Source: Anthoceros angustus
Taxonomy: Eukaryota; Plantae; Anthocerotophyta
Direction: 5' to 3'
Assembly: GCA_010909165.1 (NCBI GenBank)
Contig: MU008155.1
Location: 1,674,001-1,738,000 of the forward strand
Length of the DNA: 64,000 nucleotides
This document shows positions 1 to 13,500 of the stretch, piece by piece. Numbering within the stretch: the stretch's first letter is position 1; every line of letters starts with the position of its first letter. Under the pieces are notes generated by a model that was not told the origin of the DNA, did no database searches, and saw only the letters and a program-made list of their open reading frames with translations. A program made the translations under genes and the position numbers.

Positions 1-2694
1 AAAATGAAGTCAATGCTCAAGAGATTACTAGAATAGGAACCCCCGAAGAGAATGCAGTTCCACATAACATTCAGCTCACTGGATCAGACCATCCCTGGTA
101 CCTGCAACATGAAGAGAAAACCTCGAAAAAATAGCACTTCCACATAACATCCAGTTCCAAGGTCAGTCCATCCCGGTTACCTGCCACATACTCTTGTCGC
201 AAACTTGCTTAGCCTGCCTGGTTCACCTCTGATCATACGACGAACGTCATTGCGAAATTGGAAGTTCCACTCACACCACCTTCTCCAATGAGGGAATTTG
301 GTATCCTAAGCCATAATCACCCAGTTGGCGTGTTGAAACACAATTACAGGAGGCATTCTTACACAACATCAATAAGGAAGCTCTTACCTTACAGGCACCT
401 GAAATTGGTGAGCATGTGTCAGCAATAAGCTTGCTACCACCAAGCAGAGGCTCAAATGAGATAGCTTCCACCAACGGTGGCCTACTCAGCTCCTGTCCAT
501 GAGGTCCTGTGACGAGTGCAGAGGCATTCACAAAACTGAAGCCATCCACATGGTACTCGTCAACCCAATGCCTGAGGCTGTCCAGTATCTAGAGTTCCAA
601 AGTGCAAAAGGTACCCATATCAGCTTGCAAAAAAACTCTACCATACTCCACAAATCATTTAAACTTGCTGCATTGCAAACAGGTTTGATCCCATCAGGTA
701 CCCTAAGCATAAGCAGATTAGAATACCATTCTTGTGACAATAGGATGATTACAATTTAAGCAGTTCTCTGCACCTGTGTCTGGAGTCGAAACCCTACAAG
801 AGATAACATGCCACTCAGGAGAGGTTCAACAGAGGATGAGGATGACAAAACCAAAAGAGTACAAGAAAAATGCAAAACACCAGATACCTGCCAAATTGAT
901 CAACGATATAATAAGTTGCATTGTCAATACCACGGAGAGAAATTCTCTTAGGTTTGTCATCGCCATTCTCTGCTGTGTGACTGTACACAACTTCAAGAAT
1001 CACCTGGCAGGGCCGAATCTAAACCTCAGCCACAGGCAGCTTACAGATGCAGCAATAAGTAGATATAAAAGCAACTCTAAGCAACAGGCGAAAGATTATT
1101 GACACCTCAATTCCCCTTCTGTGTAATTCCTTCACCATCTGCTTGAAGGACGTACTTGCTGACAGGCTGTCTCCACCAGGCCCATACAAGGGGGATGGTG
1201 CAAAAAAGCTGCGAGGACATTAACAGAGAGGAATACAGTTTTATCTCAAACTGCATATGTAGTTCTGCTGGGCAATTTTGCTCACAAGAGCTGAACCAAT
1301 AACGTGCCAAGCATCCAAAACGGTTCCCAGTAAGTGCAACAAACTGACACCTGATTGGATAGTAACTCCCTTGGCTCTCATCAAATGCAAAGATGGGCTG
1401 CAGAATCACGGCATTTGCTCCTGCACTTCCACATCATATTGCAGGACTAGTAAGAAAATGCTGCATTAACTTCATCCTGAAGCTCATGAGAGCTGAGCTC
1501 AACTACCTAGATGCACAAGGTGATCTGCCTTCTGGATCACTCCCATGAATGTCCCCCTTATATCATCCTCGACCTTGCTGGAAATATCAGACGTGTACCC
1601 ATGGACATTGATTTTGTGCACAACAAGCTCGTGTGGAGGTAGACTGTTTTCAACAGCAGGACAGTGTTAGACCTTCAATCTAGCTGGCAGAACATCCGTG
1701 AGTCTCTTCAGAGTCATGCAATCACTTTCAACCCACCGGGGACTAACGTCATCCTCCCAGTCAAAAGGAACAGGATGTCTGCTCAGCAGACCGAGGGCAA
1801 GAGCCGGAGAAGGCAAATTTTCTGCACAGAGCACGCGATTTGACCAATCATACCGCTGTTCTGGAACAAAAAGTGCATAGAGATTAAGACCTGCAAGAAG
1901 AGTACCTTGTCCGGGCTCAAAAGGAGCAATGTGCTTAGCGTAAGGGTCCAACAAGACGCAACGTCCATGAAAGCGATTTCCATTCTCCCAACTAGTGTCC
2001 CCCTGCAAAAAGCTCTCAACACTGGCGATCAGAATATACAGTCCAGACTAGCGAAGGTCTCATCAGCACATTCCTGTTGGAACCATCTTACCAAACACCT
2101 GTAGCCATAGCGGGTGTAATTGTTCAGGCTTTCCAATCGTATATGCCAGATATCGCCCGTTCGATGCATTGATGGCTTCAAGTCAATCTCCAACTGCCGA
2201 CGACAAGCCCACTTGGGGTGTTACTCGAAGTGGGCTGTGACACCACGTCAGGTGCAATGACTGCCCTACACGGAATGACTCACCGAGGGCTCAACACTGC
2301 CTGGCTCGTAGAGGCACAGCACAACCTTCTCAGCATTCTTCGAAAACAGAGCAAAATTGACGGATCCATCCCTCTCGTCTTGAACACCCAGCGGTTCTGG
2401 GCGACCCTTGGTTGTACCAGGTGACAAACGCTGCTCCATCTGCATAGTTCCGGCCGCAGAAGTGGTCGAGCACCTGGCACCAATGTCTGCCATACGTCGG
2501 CAGGAATTTCTCGGGGGCAGACATGGTGCACGGAACAGCCTGCAGTGGATGGTGACAAAGCCTGGCACACCATTCGCCCGCACAGCCATTTTGGGCCAGT
2601 CCTGCTGAAAACATCGGCCGCCTGCTATAGCTGGGAACGCCAGCGGCACTCCTGCCATGGCTGCACACGAAATGGTCGGAGGTGGAGCACTCAT
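1..2694 (-). CDS. ISA2: Isoamylase 2 (non-catalytic GH13 debranching-enzyme subunit), multi-exon, 3' end beyond the window
   Basis: ATG at 2694 opens a transit-peptide-like stretch, then CBM48 (GRPEPLGVQDERDGSVNFALFSKNAEKVVLCLY). Later exons: LEIDLKPSMHRTGDIWHI, VLLDPYAKH, FDWEDDVSP, LVVHKINVHGYT, NAVILQPIFAFDESQGSYYP, DGFSFVNASAL...RPPLVEAISFEPLL...LIAD. At least six GT-AG introns were traced. The start could lie further upstream. Confidence 0.9.
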
Positions 2695-3039
2695 CTCCAC
2701 ATCTTGTTCAAGTACTTCCTCCCATCTTCACGTTTGCGTTAAGCTTCAATCTGACATCTATCATGCCGGACCCTGTTTCTTATTTGGATAGGCCCATGGA
2801 TTGAGGGGGAAGCTGCTACGTTTCTGGGTGTCACGGCACTTCTTACAGATGTGGCCTTCGGCTTGGCGGCTCCGCGGAGCATGAGCCTGCGACGCGCTCT
2901 CCTGACAGGAATCACAGGAGCGTAAGGAGAAGTAAATGGGCTCAGATTGGAGGTTGGCCAAGGTGTAGACCTGAAGCTTGGCAGTTGCTCCTGAGGGCTG
3001 TTGCTCCTCGCAAAGACCTTGGTCGCGCAGCCAAACAGC

Positions 3040-4112
3040 ATGGGGGCCGCGGACTCCAAGCAGCAGCTTGCAACTCAGGTTTCACCCTACACCCTGGGCT
3101 GAAGAATTTGGCCTGTTGTTTGCTTTTCTGTTCCTAGCTAATCGGATTTGCGTGTGAGCAAGAGCAATTCAGAGCAATTCAATTCAGGGCTCACTGTCGG
3201 AAGTCACCACAGTGCACGGAGGGAGCGAGTTAGCTAGGGATCCTTGTCTGACCAAGCTGGAAGCTCTGGAAGTTGTAAGTCTCAAATGCAGCAGATGTGT
3301 TCACGTCTGTTTGCGATACCGAGAGGGATACCCTTTACCTTAACCCCCGGTGGAGATGGCAGACCCGACCTCTTCTGAACCCGCAGTCGTCGGATCCGGG
3401 TTTGAGGGAACTTCTTCTGCGCAGGACGGCTTCCTTCTCGGCCAGCACGGACTATGGTTCATCTTCTCTCCCATGTCCAAGCGTCTTTAGGCTACTTGCA
3501 ATGAGAAGGTGGTTGTGTGGTTGTGACAAGATGCTCTTGCTGATGGCTTCCATTACCAACTGTATCAGGCGCCCTTGATGCAACTACCACTCTGCAGTTG
3601 TATGAGCTGTACGAGGATTGGCAGAAGACCACTGCTGCAACATTAAGCAGACGCCAGGTACTGTCCTGATTTTGTCTTGACTGCAATCTTCAGGAGACGT
3701 ACTCGAGGTCTACCAACGGCGCTTGAAAGCTGGCCTTGGTTGACTCGTGTGTGGCAGGAGGAATTAGGCAACAAAATTGAAGGGGTAGAAGCACTCGAGT
3801 TGAAGCTCTTGCAGCGGCTAAATTTCACCACGTCAGTGATTAAATCAACTGCTGCACACCTTGAGGATGGTAATTGCTGAGCATTTGGTTGTTAGGGTGC
3901 CTGCAGTCATTTACTGTACTGTGAGGTCTGCAGCAAGACCCAGCTTCAGGCTCTCACGTCACTTTCATTACCTTGCAGTTCATCCACTCAGACTGGAGGT
4001 AGCACAAATGAAGCGAAATTTACGAGCCACCATAGAAAGTTACAATTCGCTATGTTCCAAAATTGAAGAGCTTGGACCTCCTTGGTTGAAGGAAACGCCA
4101 AAGCGGATATAG
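3040..4112 (+). CDS. BORCS5/LOH12CR1-like small N-myristoylated coiled-coil protein, multi-exon
   Basis: Exons read MGAADSKQQLATQ | GSLSEVTTVHGGSELARDPCLTKLEALEV | TRPLLNPQSSDPGLRELLLRR... | ALDATTTLQLYELYEDWQKTTAATLSRRQ | EELGNKIEGVEALELKLLQRLNFTTSVIKSTAAHLED | VHPLRLEVAQMKRNL...TAG, with GT-AG boundaries. It resembles a conserved plant family beginning MGASES. The BORCS5 label is from recall. Confidence 0.7.
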
Positions 4113-4169
4113 GGGATCACAATAGGATGTGTGCAACCCATGTTATTTGCAGGATCAAAGTGATACAGG

Positions 4170-4710
4170 ATCTGCCTCGTGTTCTTCAGAATTTTTTTGG
4201 CTCGGTTGGGAAAGAATTGGGTTCCCTTGTAGCTCTAGCAGTAGGCACCTGTAAAACTTGGAAAACGACGTTCACTGCTAGTATGCTTATGCGTGGATAT
4301 TCTCGTTTGCCTACAGAGGCTCGGAGAGTTCCCCTCTGGCTTCGAACCTTCGAACACAACTGAATTCTGAAGGCGTCAGCCCGCCCTTCGTGTCATAAAC
4401 GTTGTCCACTGTGTAATCTGGTGTCAGCATCCATACATCCATGCATCCATGAGAACGTTGTCCTCTCATCTTGACGAGTTGCGTGTACAGTTACCTATCT
4501 TAGAAACATCGGTAGCCGAATCCAGATCGATCTGTAGATATGGACGCACCAGGCACAGCCTCTTCAAAGTCCTTCAGCTTCAGTTCTAACTGATCAATGC
4601 TCTGGATGGCTTGGAGTTGCATGTGGCGGCGGACGCTGCCCGTCACGGTGGCCGCATTGCTTGTGTGCTATCGTGTAACTGGCGCATGCGCAGATGCACA
4701 TGATTAAGAA
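4170..4710 (+). pseudogene. Truncated tandem duplicate of the lectin promoter and signal-peptide region
   Basis: 4170-4320 resembles 5120-5240 and 4320-4690 resembles 5395-5715. ATG at 4606 gives MAWSCMWRRTLPVTVAALLVCYRVTG, which parallels the 5633 signal peptide but stops after about 33 codons. Confidence 0.6.
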
Positions 4711-5259
4711 GGGCTTCACAACATCAGCCCTTCTTGCGGGTGAGGTAATACACATCATTTTATCAGGCGGGCTCAAAGGGCTTCACAATAGCCCTTCGTG
4801 CTTGCGGGCCAGACAACAGAGATCGTTTATCAGGCGGTCCTCAAAGGCTTCACAGAGCACAGGGCCAATTGTAATTGGGGATGGGTGGTGCCCATCCCGG
4901 TAGTGATTCAACCAGAGGCTAGGCTACCTTAAGCACGCAGTTCCAATGAACTCTTGGGTACCATGTTACTCCTCAAACGAGGACGTGCGGCGTTGTAATT
5001 TAGAAGCATTATTTCTCTACGTCTCTACGAATTCATGGGCCCATGACAGTCCTTTGTCCCAGCTCAGGTGGCTCACGTGAGACAAAAGTAAATGCAGTTC
5101 GTGGAGAGGGCGGCAACCAGTCTCGTGTTCTCAAGAAGGATTTTGGCCTGGTTGGGAAAGAATGAAGTTCAAGTAATCCCGATCCCCTTGTAGCCCTTCC
5201 AGAAACAGCTGTAAAACTTGGAAGCCCACGTCTACTACTAGTACAGTGATGGGTACCGG

Positions 5260-5400
5260 ACATATGCTACCTTTTGCTGCAGTCCGATTGCAACCTTGTC
5301 CTATACGCTGGTATTCTCTATGACAAAAGATTTCCCATGTGGACTTCCCAAAGTGACGGGTCGAGTAGTGACTGCACTCTCAATATTCGAACCAATGGTG
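5260..5400 (+). pseudogene. Isolated bulb-type lectin subdomain fragment
   Basis: CYLLLQSDCNLVLYAGILYDKRFPMWTSQSDG parallels CYLTLQSDCNLVVYVGIPFDKSYSMWAS of the downstream gene. It has no signal peptide and no first subdomain. Confidence 0.65.
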
Positions 5401-5632
5401 TTCCCCTCTGGCTTACAACACGACTGCCTTCCGTCGGCAAGTCGTCGTGTCATAAATGTTGTCCACAGTGTAATCTGGTGTCAGCATCCATGCGAACTTT
5501 GCCCTCTCATCTGGAAGGGCTACATATGCTATCTTGGCTAGCCCAATCCAGATCGAATCTGTGGATATAGAGTCACCAGGCACAGCCTCTGCAAAGTCCT
5601 TTGGTTTGATCCTAAACTGATCGACGCTCTGG

Positions 5633-6089
5633 ATGGCTGGCAGTTGCATCAGGCGGCTCATGCTGTCCCTCGTGGTGGCCGCATTGACTATGTGCTATGC
5701 TGTAGCTGGTTATGTTCCTGTTTACTGGTTGTATCAGACTCACATTATGCTTCAGGGAGACATGTTAACGCAACCAGGCGCAACTGACCTGGTGTTGCAG
5801 GACGACTGCAACCTGGCCGTCTACCCTCATGGTACCAATCAGTCGCACGCGCTATGTGATAGCGAAACTTCCCATAAGGCAGACCAGTGCTACCTTACCC
5901 TGCAGTCCGATTGCAACCTTGTCGTGTACGTTGGTATTCCTTTTGACAAAAGCTATTCCATGTGGGCTTCCAAAAACTGTCAGGCAGAGTTCTAGCTGCG
6001 TTTTCTTGATTCGAGACGATGGTGATGCGGCCCTATTTGGTTTTGATGGAATAGCCCACTGGCACACTGGCACGGGAAGTGGATCATGA
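5633..6089 (+). CDS. Secreted GNA-related (bulb-type, mannose-binding) lectin with one apparent frameshift near 5972
   Basis: Signal peptide MAGSCIRRLMLSLVVAALTMCYAVAG, then QDDCNLAVY and QSDCNLVVY (QxDxNxVxY-type). The third subdomain (CVFLIRDDGDAALF...HWHTGT*) is in another frame after an A5 run. Confidence 0.75.
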
Positions 6090-7176
6090 AAGCCCTGGAG
6101 GGGCATTAAAGCTTCAATCCATTCAAGCTTGTCTTCAATCTCAAAAAGTGAAACACGGAGTTTGCAGCTGAGGTCCTTTCATATCTAAGCAGTGCTTGCT
6201 TCTTTTTACTCGCTGCTGGTGCATATATGCGCCAGCTGTGGGCCATGGCCGGGTTCTTCTTTGAACAAATTTGATTAGCTAGCTGCTTTGAATCTACACA
6301 CATGTAGCAAGTACATTGCTTGTCCTGCAGAAGAGGTCCGCAGTCGAAATCAGTCAGTTGTACTGTAAGTCCATTGCTTGCTCAAGGTGGGGTCGTTCCT
6401 TTGATCCGGGCTGTACAATTAGCACCCATCAGGCTTAATGTTGCTTGAGTTCTAGGCTAGAAGGCTTACAGCACTCTAGCAGTGCAAACGGGAATGACCT
6501 AAATTATTACACCAATCAATCACCCGATCAAGGGAGCATGCCATGCAGAAGGGAATCAACATTGTCACAGAGTTGCGCATTTAGCCAGGGAAGGGGCTAT
6601 TGGAAGAGTTACTTTAAACCCCACGCGGTTTAAAGTAAATCTTCCAGAAGCCCCTCCCTGGCTACAAACAAAATCGAGAGAGACCAGTTGTAAACCATTC
6701 ATGAGACTTTGAACTCGTCCTTGCAAGCTGAGCAGCACAAGTACACTTCAGTTGGACACCTCTGTGCTTAGAACTCAGGCGGGTTGTTTCCCATTTCGTG
6801 TGTATGTCCACCGTCTGTAATTGGAAGAAACATACGCGTCCTGATCGAGGACTGTGTTAGCAATCTAAACCTGTTTCCCAGAGTTAGAGATTCGTGTACT
6901 CGTGACTGGATGACGCGTCCCTCAACAAGCTGAAATCTTGCTGCCAGGAAGCCATCACTAGGACGAGCCACCTTGTAGGAACGGATAATTTCATCCTACG
7001 AAAAGTGTTGACAACATACTTGACCGAATGCCAAATAATCCTGCTTAAGTTCCTCCATGCTGTGACCGTGGTGGTGCAGCATGAGCACCTCAAGCCCCAC
7101 GTATTCCCGTGACCTATCGTACTTAAACCACTTAAACTCAGTCGTCGAGGTGCGCGTGGTAGCAACCCTGGAGCTA

Positions 7177-7983
<807 letters not shown>

Positions 7984-8465
7984 CGCAGTTGTCGCGGTAA
8001 CCTCTGTGCGAACGTTGGCTGAAAGAACCACCGGGGAAATGAAAGATGAGAAGAGGCGACTCGCAGAATATGGGACCCCCGTGCTACAGCACTAAAAGCC
8101 TCTCAGAGTATCCCGCCGTCCCCGACCGATCCCGATCCACGGTTCGCACAAGGAATCGCATCACCAAACAAATAAAATTGAAAGAACATAATGCCACTTT
8201 CCGACGTATCTTGCTATTAGGTGAGTAATTACGGATAAGAGATCACCTAATAAGTAATATGTATAACTATATGTATTTGAAAGGCAAATGCACCTTCCAA
8301 CCCGACGAGGCTGCGGGGACAGGGCGCTGTAGTGCGCAAAATAAACAAAATTGGAATTAACCCATTCCTTTCAACCCAACAAAGCAAGCAGAAGAATCCA
8401 AGGATTCGGGCTTGGGCGTTTATTTGTGCTCAAGCGCTCGAAGTTACACTAACGCACCAAAGCGG

Positions 8466-11400
8466 TCAGGGAACTGGGCATTCTTTGATTTGCCAGATCT
8501 CATTGGCATATTGTGAGATAGTACGGTCACTGCTGAATTTGCCTGAACCAGCCGTGCTCAGAATAGACATCCGAATCCATCGCGATTGATCCCTACACAT
8601 AGCAACGGACCATCTCAGAAGTCATTTACGGGAACTTTTCCTGTCACAACTTCCAGTAACTTGTGAAAGGTTACTCACTTGTATGCTTCATCAACAGCTG
8701 CTTGAGCCTCCAAATACCCTGGGAAATCCACTCCCACCAAGAAGTAGTCGCCCCGGCCGTACCCGCTATCGCCTTCCAGAGAATCCAGAAGAGGTCCGTA
8801 GTCGAAATCGCCAAAGACACCACTCCGCACAAAGTCCTTGGCCTCCTCAAAACGTGGGTCCGGAACAAACTGCACAGAAGCGGAAACTTGAGCAGCCACC
8901 CCTTTCCGGAACAACCCATCATACCACTAGGAACAGGTCTACGAGTTTCACCTTGCCCGCTTCCCTCTCCTTGCGTAGCCTTGGTACGTCGTTTGCTCTG
9001 GCACCAAATAGAAAAAAGTTCTCCTCACCAATTTCTTCCCGGATCTCCACGTTTGCACCGTCGAGAGTGCCGATAATGAGACAGCCGTTGAGTGCAAACT
9101 TCATGTTGCTCGTTCCACTGGCCTCCATTCCTGCCGTGCTGATGTGCTGCGACAGCTCACTTGCGGGGATTGCAAGCTCAGCTACGGTAACGTTGTAATT
9201 TGGGATGAAAACAACCTGCAAGTGCCACAGAGTTCAATAGCTACCAACCTATCGCAAGCTGGTTCTGCAGACAGTGCAAGTACAATAAGCTACCAGAAGG
9301 GCATTTCAATGGACCTTGAGCAGATGAGAGACGTCCGGATCATTGTTGACGACAGATCCGACGTCCGTGACAAGCTTTACGATGCGCTTAGCTTGTTCAT
9401 AGGTTGCAAACGCCTTGCCCCCCACCATGACCGTTCGTGGGACTACGTTCTTCCTCTCTTCCGGAGTCAGTTCCTGCATTGCACATAGAATTGCCGATCA
9501 GAGTTGTGCACTGATGGGTCCCAACCTGGAGATATCCGAAGTTTGGCAAATGACGATGAGTATCTCATCAACGAACGAGATCATGCTGACCCACCTTGAT
9601 TTTCTTGTATCGGTAGATGACTCCAAGAATATTTAAGAGCTGCCGCTTGTATTCGTGGATTCGCTTGATTTGCACATCAAACAGACTATGAGGATCTACT
9701 TTAACACCTGTCTTGCTTTCCAGATAACCTGCAAACCGAATTTTATTTGCAGTTTTTGCGGCAGCCCACTCGCTTTGCAGCTGTTTGTCATCTGCAAACT
9801 GTCAACAGAAAACGGTCAACAAGGAAGGATTCTTGCTGAACCAGCATAACTCCGTACTTTTATCAATTAATTTATTTATAATGTACAGTAACTGTACCTG
9901 GCGCAGGCCGGAGAGGAGATCCAGTTTTGTCACCCATTTGTCGGTCCTCAGCCATTTCGTAATTATAGCACTCAGTTCAGGACTACAGAATCGGAGCCAG
10001 CGCCTAGGTGTTACGCCATTTGTTTTGTTCTGAAACTTCTGAGGCCACAGCGAACAGAAATCCGCAAATAGCTCATTCTTCAAGATGTCGCTGTGGAGCT
10101 CAGCAACACCATTCACCTGATAAAACACACACCAGGGTGTTACAACACCAGCAGAGGGAATGACGAAAAAAGTCTTTACATGATAAGCAAAGTGGACAGG
10201 ACTCACCTTGTGTGCAGATACCACACAAAGATGTGCCATTCGCACAAGAGGTTTGGCAGGGTTGGAATCATCCAGAGGTGTCAAATCAGCAAGCTTCTCC
10301 ACCAGGTCAGGCCGGTTGGCTTGGACAAGGGAACGGAACTGAAAGCAAGGAGATCAGCAGCTTTCAGTTTCTCCTTGCTAGAGCTCAGAATAAGAGTGTC
10401 AAGCAATTCTGAGATAAAGCCGTGAGCATCAACCTCGTGGTGTGAACGCTCTCAAACCAAATGGTAGGACATACTACCTGCTTGTCAATTTCAGCAATGA
10501 TTTCGAAATGACGAGGAAGTAACTTGGCAATGACAGCCTGCGGCCATTTCTCAAGAGCTTCTGGCAGCACTGTGTGATTTGTGTATGCTACTGTACTGCA
10601 CGGCAACCAGATGCACAGCATGGACATTAGGGCTATGCAAGGGACATGTGGTGGTATGCTTCATGCAGTACAGTAGCATATACAAAACACACAGTGCTCC
10701 TGGCAGCACTGTGTGATTTGTATATGCTACTGTACTGCATGAAGGCCTGTTCAGCCCATGAGCTACCCGTTCATGAACGTCTACCTGCTTGTGACGGCCC
10801 AAGCTTCTTCCCAGCCCAGCCCTTCTTCATCCATCAGCAGCCTCATAAGTTCCGGAATAGCTAGAGTAGGATGAGTGTCATTCATCTGTACTGCAACCTT
10901 CTTGGAAAACTCTGCCCAAGCAATGGCAGAGCCCTTCGGCCTCCTTTCCTTAAACCTTGCAATGATATCCTGCACATGCAGACTTGCATTTACAAACATG
11001 ACCCCGAATTATGTCTTGCAGAGCCACGCCTCCATTGAACCTTTACCCCTGGAGACTGCTGCCCACCTGCAATGAAGCGCTACACAGAAGGTATTGCTGT
11101 TTCAGCCGAAGGAGTTTCCCATCTTCCGTTGCATCTCCTGGGTACAGAACAGCACAAACCTGTCACCCAGCCCCCATCAGTTGGTCAGCTTCTCCTTGAG
11201 TAACAGATGAAAAAGATGAATCCATAACTCTGTGCTATATCCCAGCATTGCCCAGAGAGTACCTGGTGTGCCTTCGAGTGAAGGATTGCAGCCTTTTCAT
11301 GCTCTCCAGCGTTGAAGTCATAAAGATTGAAGTCTCGAGGAGGGGCACGGGCTTCCCAAAGTCGAAGACTGATTGTGTTCTTTGTTTTATAGCCAGGGAT

Positions 11401-12551
11401 GGGCACATCATAAGCCAATGCTTGCATCTCTTCACCTCCAACCCATTTGCGCCTGGGTGGACAAACGAAAGAAGTACGAGTAGTGAACAAAATTCTCACA
11501 GAATAAGACAACCAGTTCTCAAGGCACACAGACATTTAAAAGGGCCAGGAATACTTACGATCCATCTGGGCCCGATTGAACTTCACCAAAAAAGCGCACA
11601 GTGTAGACTACATCATGCCTTACAATCTCCCACGGACTAAATTTCTGCAACAAATGGACAATGACTCGTAAAAAGGTGAACAGGGACGACCATGTGAGTT
11701 GTTAAAGGAAGAATCATGGAAACATATCCTCCCGAAATGTAAGCTCCAAGTACAGCCAACCAACCTCAAGCCAATCCTCAGCAGCTTCTTCCTGCCCACG
11801 TTTGGAAATCCTTTGACTGAAGAGGCCGTACTTGTAACGCAGCCCATAACCCCATGCGGGAAGGTTAAGAGTAGCCATGGAATCTAGGAAGCAGGAGGCA
11901 AGCCTTCCCAATCCTCCGTTCCCAAGGGCTGCATCCCGCTCCTGCAAAAGCACGATTCAAACAGCACCCGGTGAGGTCACTGACGTGACAATAGCCAAGA
12001 ATGTTTCAGCTGGAGCTAGGACAAACTTCCACCTGCTCGACAATATTCTCCAGGTCATATCCCAGCTTGTTGAGAGCAGCAGCGTACGCGTCAGTGAGAC
12101 CTAGATTGCCAACGGCATTTGTCAACGCTCGGCCCTGCAAATATTCCATCGACAAGTAGTACGTCTGCTTCGGGTCCGTCTTGTGGAAGTGTTCATAAGT
12201 TTCATTCCACCTCTGCAGATGGAACCCGCAGTGTCAGAGTACAACGACACAATGCAAATGCAGAATTGGGTGGCAACCAATTTGAGGCAAACTGACGTGG
12301 ATAAGCGTATCCCGGACGCTCTCGCCAGTTGCATAGAAGGCCTGCTCGGGCTCGAACTTGTATGGAGAAAAGTGTGGGGTATACTGCGCGTGGTACTTGA
12401 TGTTGGCGGCAATGCCGAAGGCGTCGTCCGGAGTAGGATGCGCAATGGGCGGCACTGCGTCAAGGGACGAAGACTTGCTCCTGGCCTCCAACACGGCGTT
12501 TCCTTTCGTCGCCTCAGCGTGCACCCCGTTCTGCACCGCACCGGGGGCCAT
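8466..12551 (-). CDS. PHS2: Alpha-1,4-glucan phosphorylase, cytosolic H-type, multi-exon
   Basis: N-terminus [29 protein letters not shown] with no transit peptide. Motifs [60 protein letters not shown], and C-terminus [26 protein letters not shown]...P*. Confidence 0.95.
10659..10744. repeat. Near-perfect inverted repeat (40-bp arms, 6-nt loop) inside a PHS2 intron, copied from the next exon
   Basis: Arms 10659-10698 and 10705-10744 match at 39/40 positions. The right arm repeats the acceptor and exon sequence at about 10565-10600. Confidence 0.95.
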
Positions 12552-13258
12552 TTCGCGCTACGGCAGCAGCTGGAGGACGCTCAACCTGACATGACAGATA
12601 CCGCGAGCAGTGAGAAGCGTGCAAACAAAACGCGCAGCGCAGCGCAGCTCAAAGCAGCGAGCAATGGAGCCCTAGTGCAAGGACAGGGGCGATTCCGATT
12701 ACGCAATGCAGCTAGCTGCCCACGACCTGAGTACATAGTCATCCCGCACACCAATTGGCTCAAATTCCGGACTAGACTGCGCTACGGGAAGGGGAAGAGG
12801 AAGCTGCCGGCGAGGCTAGCCGGCACACCAGCTCATGCAATGCAACAGCACACCAAAACGGGCGATCCGGTTTGAGGCAGGGGACGGAGATTGCAGGCCC
12901 GGAGCTGGTTGGCAGCTCGGCGAGCTCCACAGGGCGGGGTCCAGGACAGCAATTGAGGCAGGGGCCTGGACAGAAAGGAAGGAGGCGATCGACTCACCGT
13001 GGAGACGCATGAAACGCAGGTGGGGCGAGAAGCGCGATGCACTGGAGACTCCCTGGAGCAGGCTCTAAGGCAAAGACAACGCCGAGATACTTACCTGACA
13101 GCATGCAAAAGGGAAAGGGCAAATGGCTGAAAGAAACAGAGGACGGCCCGGTGAAAGAAGGGAGATGAAAACGTCAGCCTTTTCCACCGAAATCCAGTTT
13201 GGATTACATCACCAGTGACCAGCTCCTGGTTACAGGCATCGATGCGCTCGACAGGCTT

Positions 13259-13315
13259 GAGACGCTCGAGACGCTCGAGACGCCCGAGACGCCCGAGACG
13301 CCCGAGACGCCCGAG
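13259..13315. repeat. 9-bp tandem repeat (GAGACGCYC) x about 6
   Basis: Read directly from the sequence. Confidence 0.9.
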
Positions 13316-13380
13316 GGGGAGCTAAGCTCGAAGCTCGAAGAGCGTGCCCTGCCGCGTGCACCCACGATCATATTATTATC

Positions 13381-13500
13381 GTGGCCGGGAAGAAAAGGTA
13401 TTGTGCTGGCCGGAAAGAAACAGACACTACGGTGGCCGGAAAGAAACAGACGCTGTGGTGGCCGGAAAGAAACAGACACATGTGGTGGCCGGAAAGAAAG
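13381..13500. repeat. About 26-bp tandem repeat (GTGGCCGGAAAGAAACAGAC core) x4-5
   Basis: Read directly from the sequence. Confidence 0.85.

Noticed and set aside
12560-13110. Spliced uORF in the PHS2 leader
   Set aside because: It requires a 30-nt intron and untested exon choices, so the sequence alone cannot support it.
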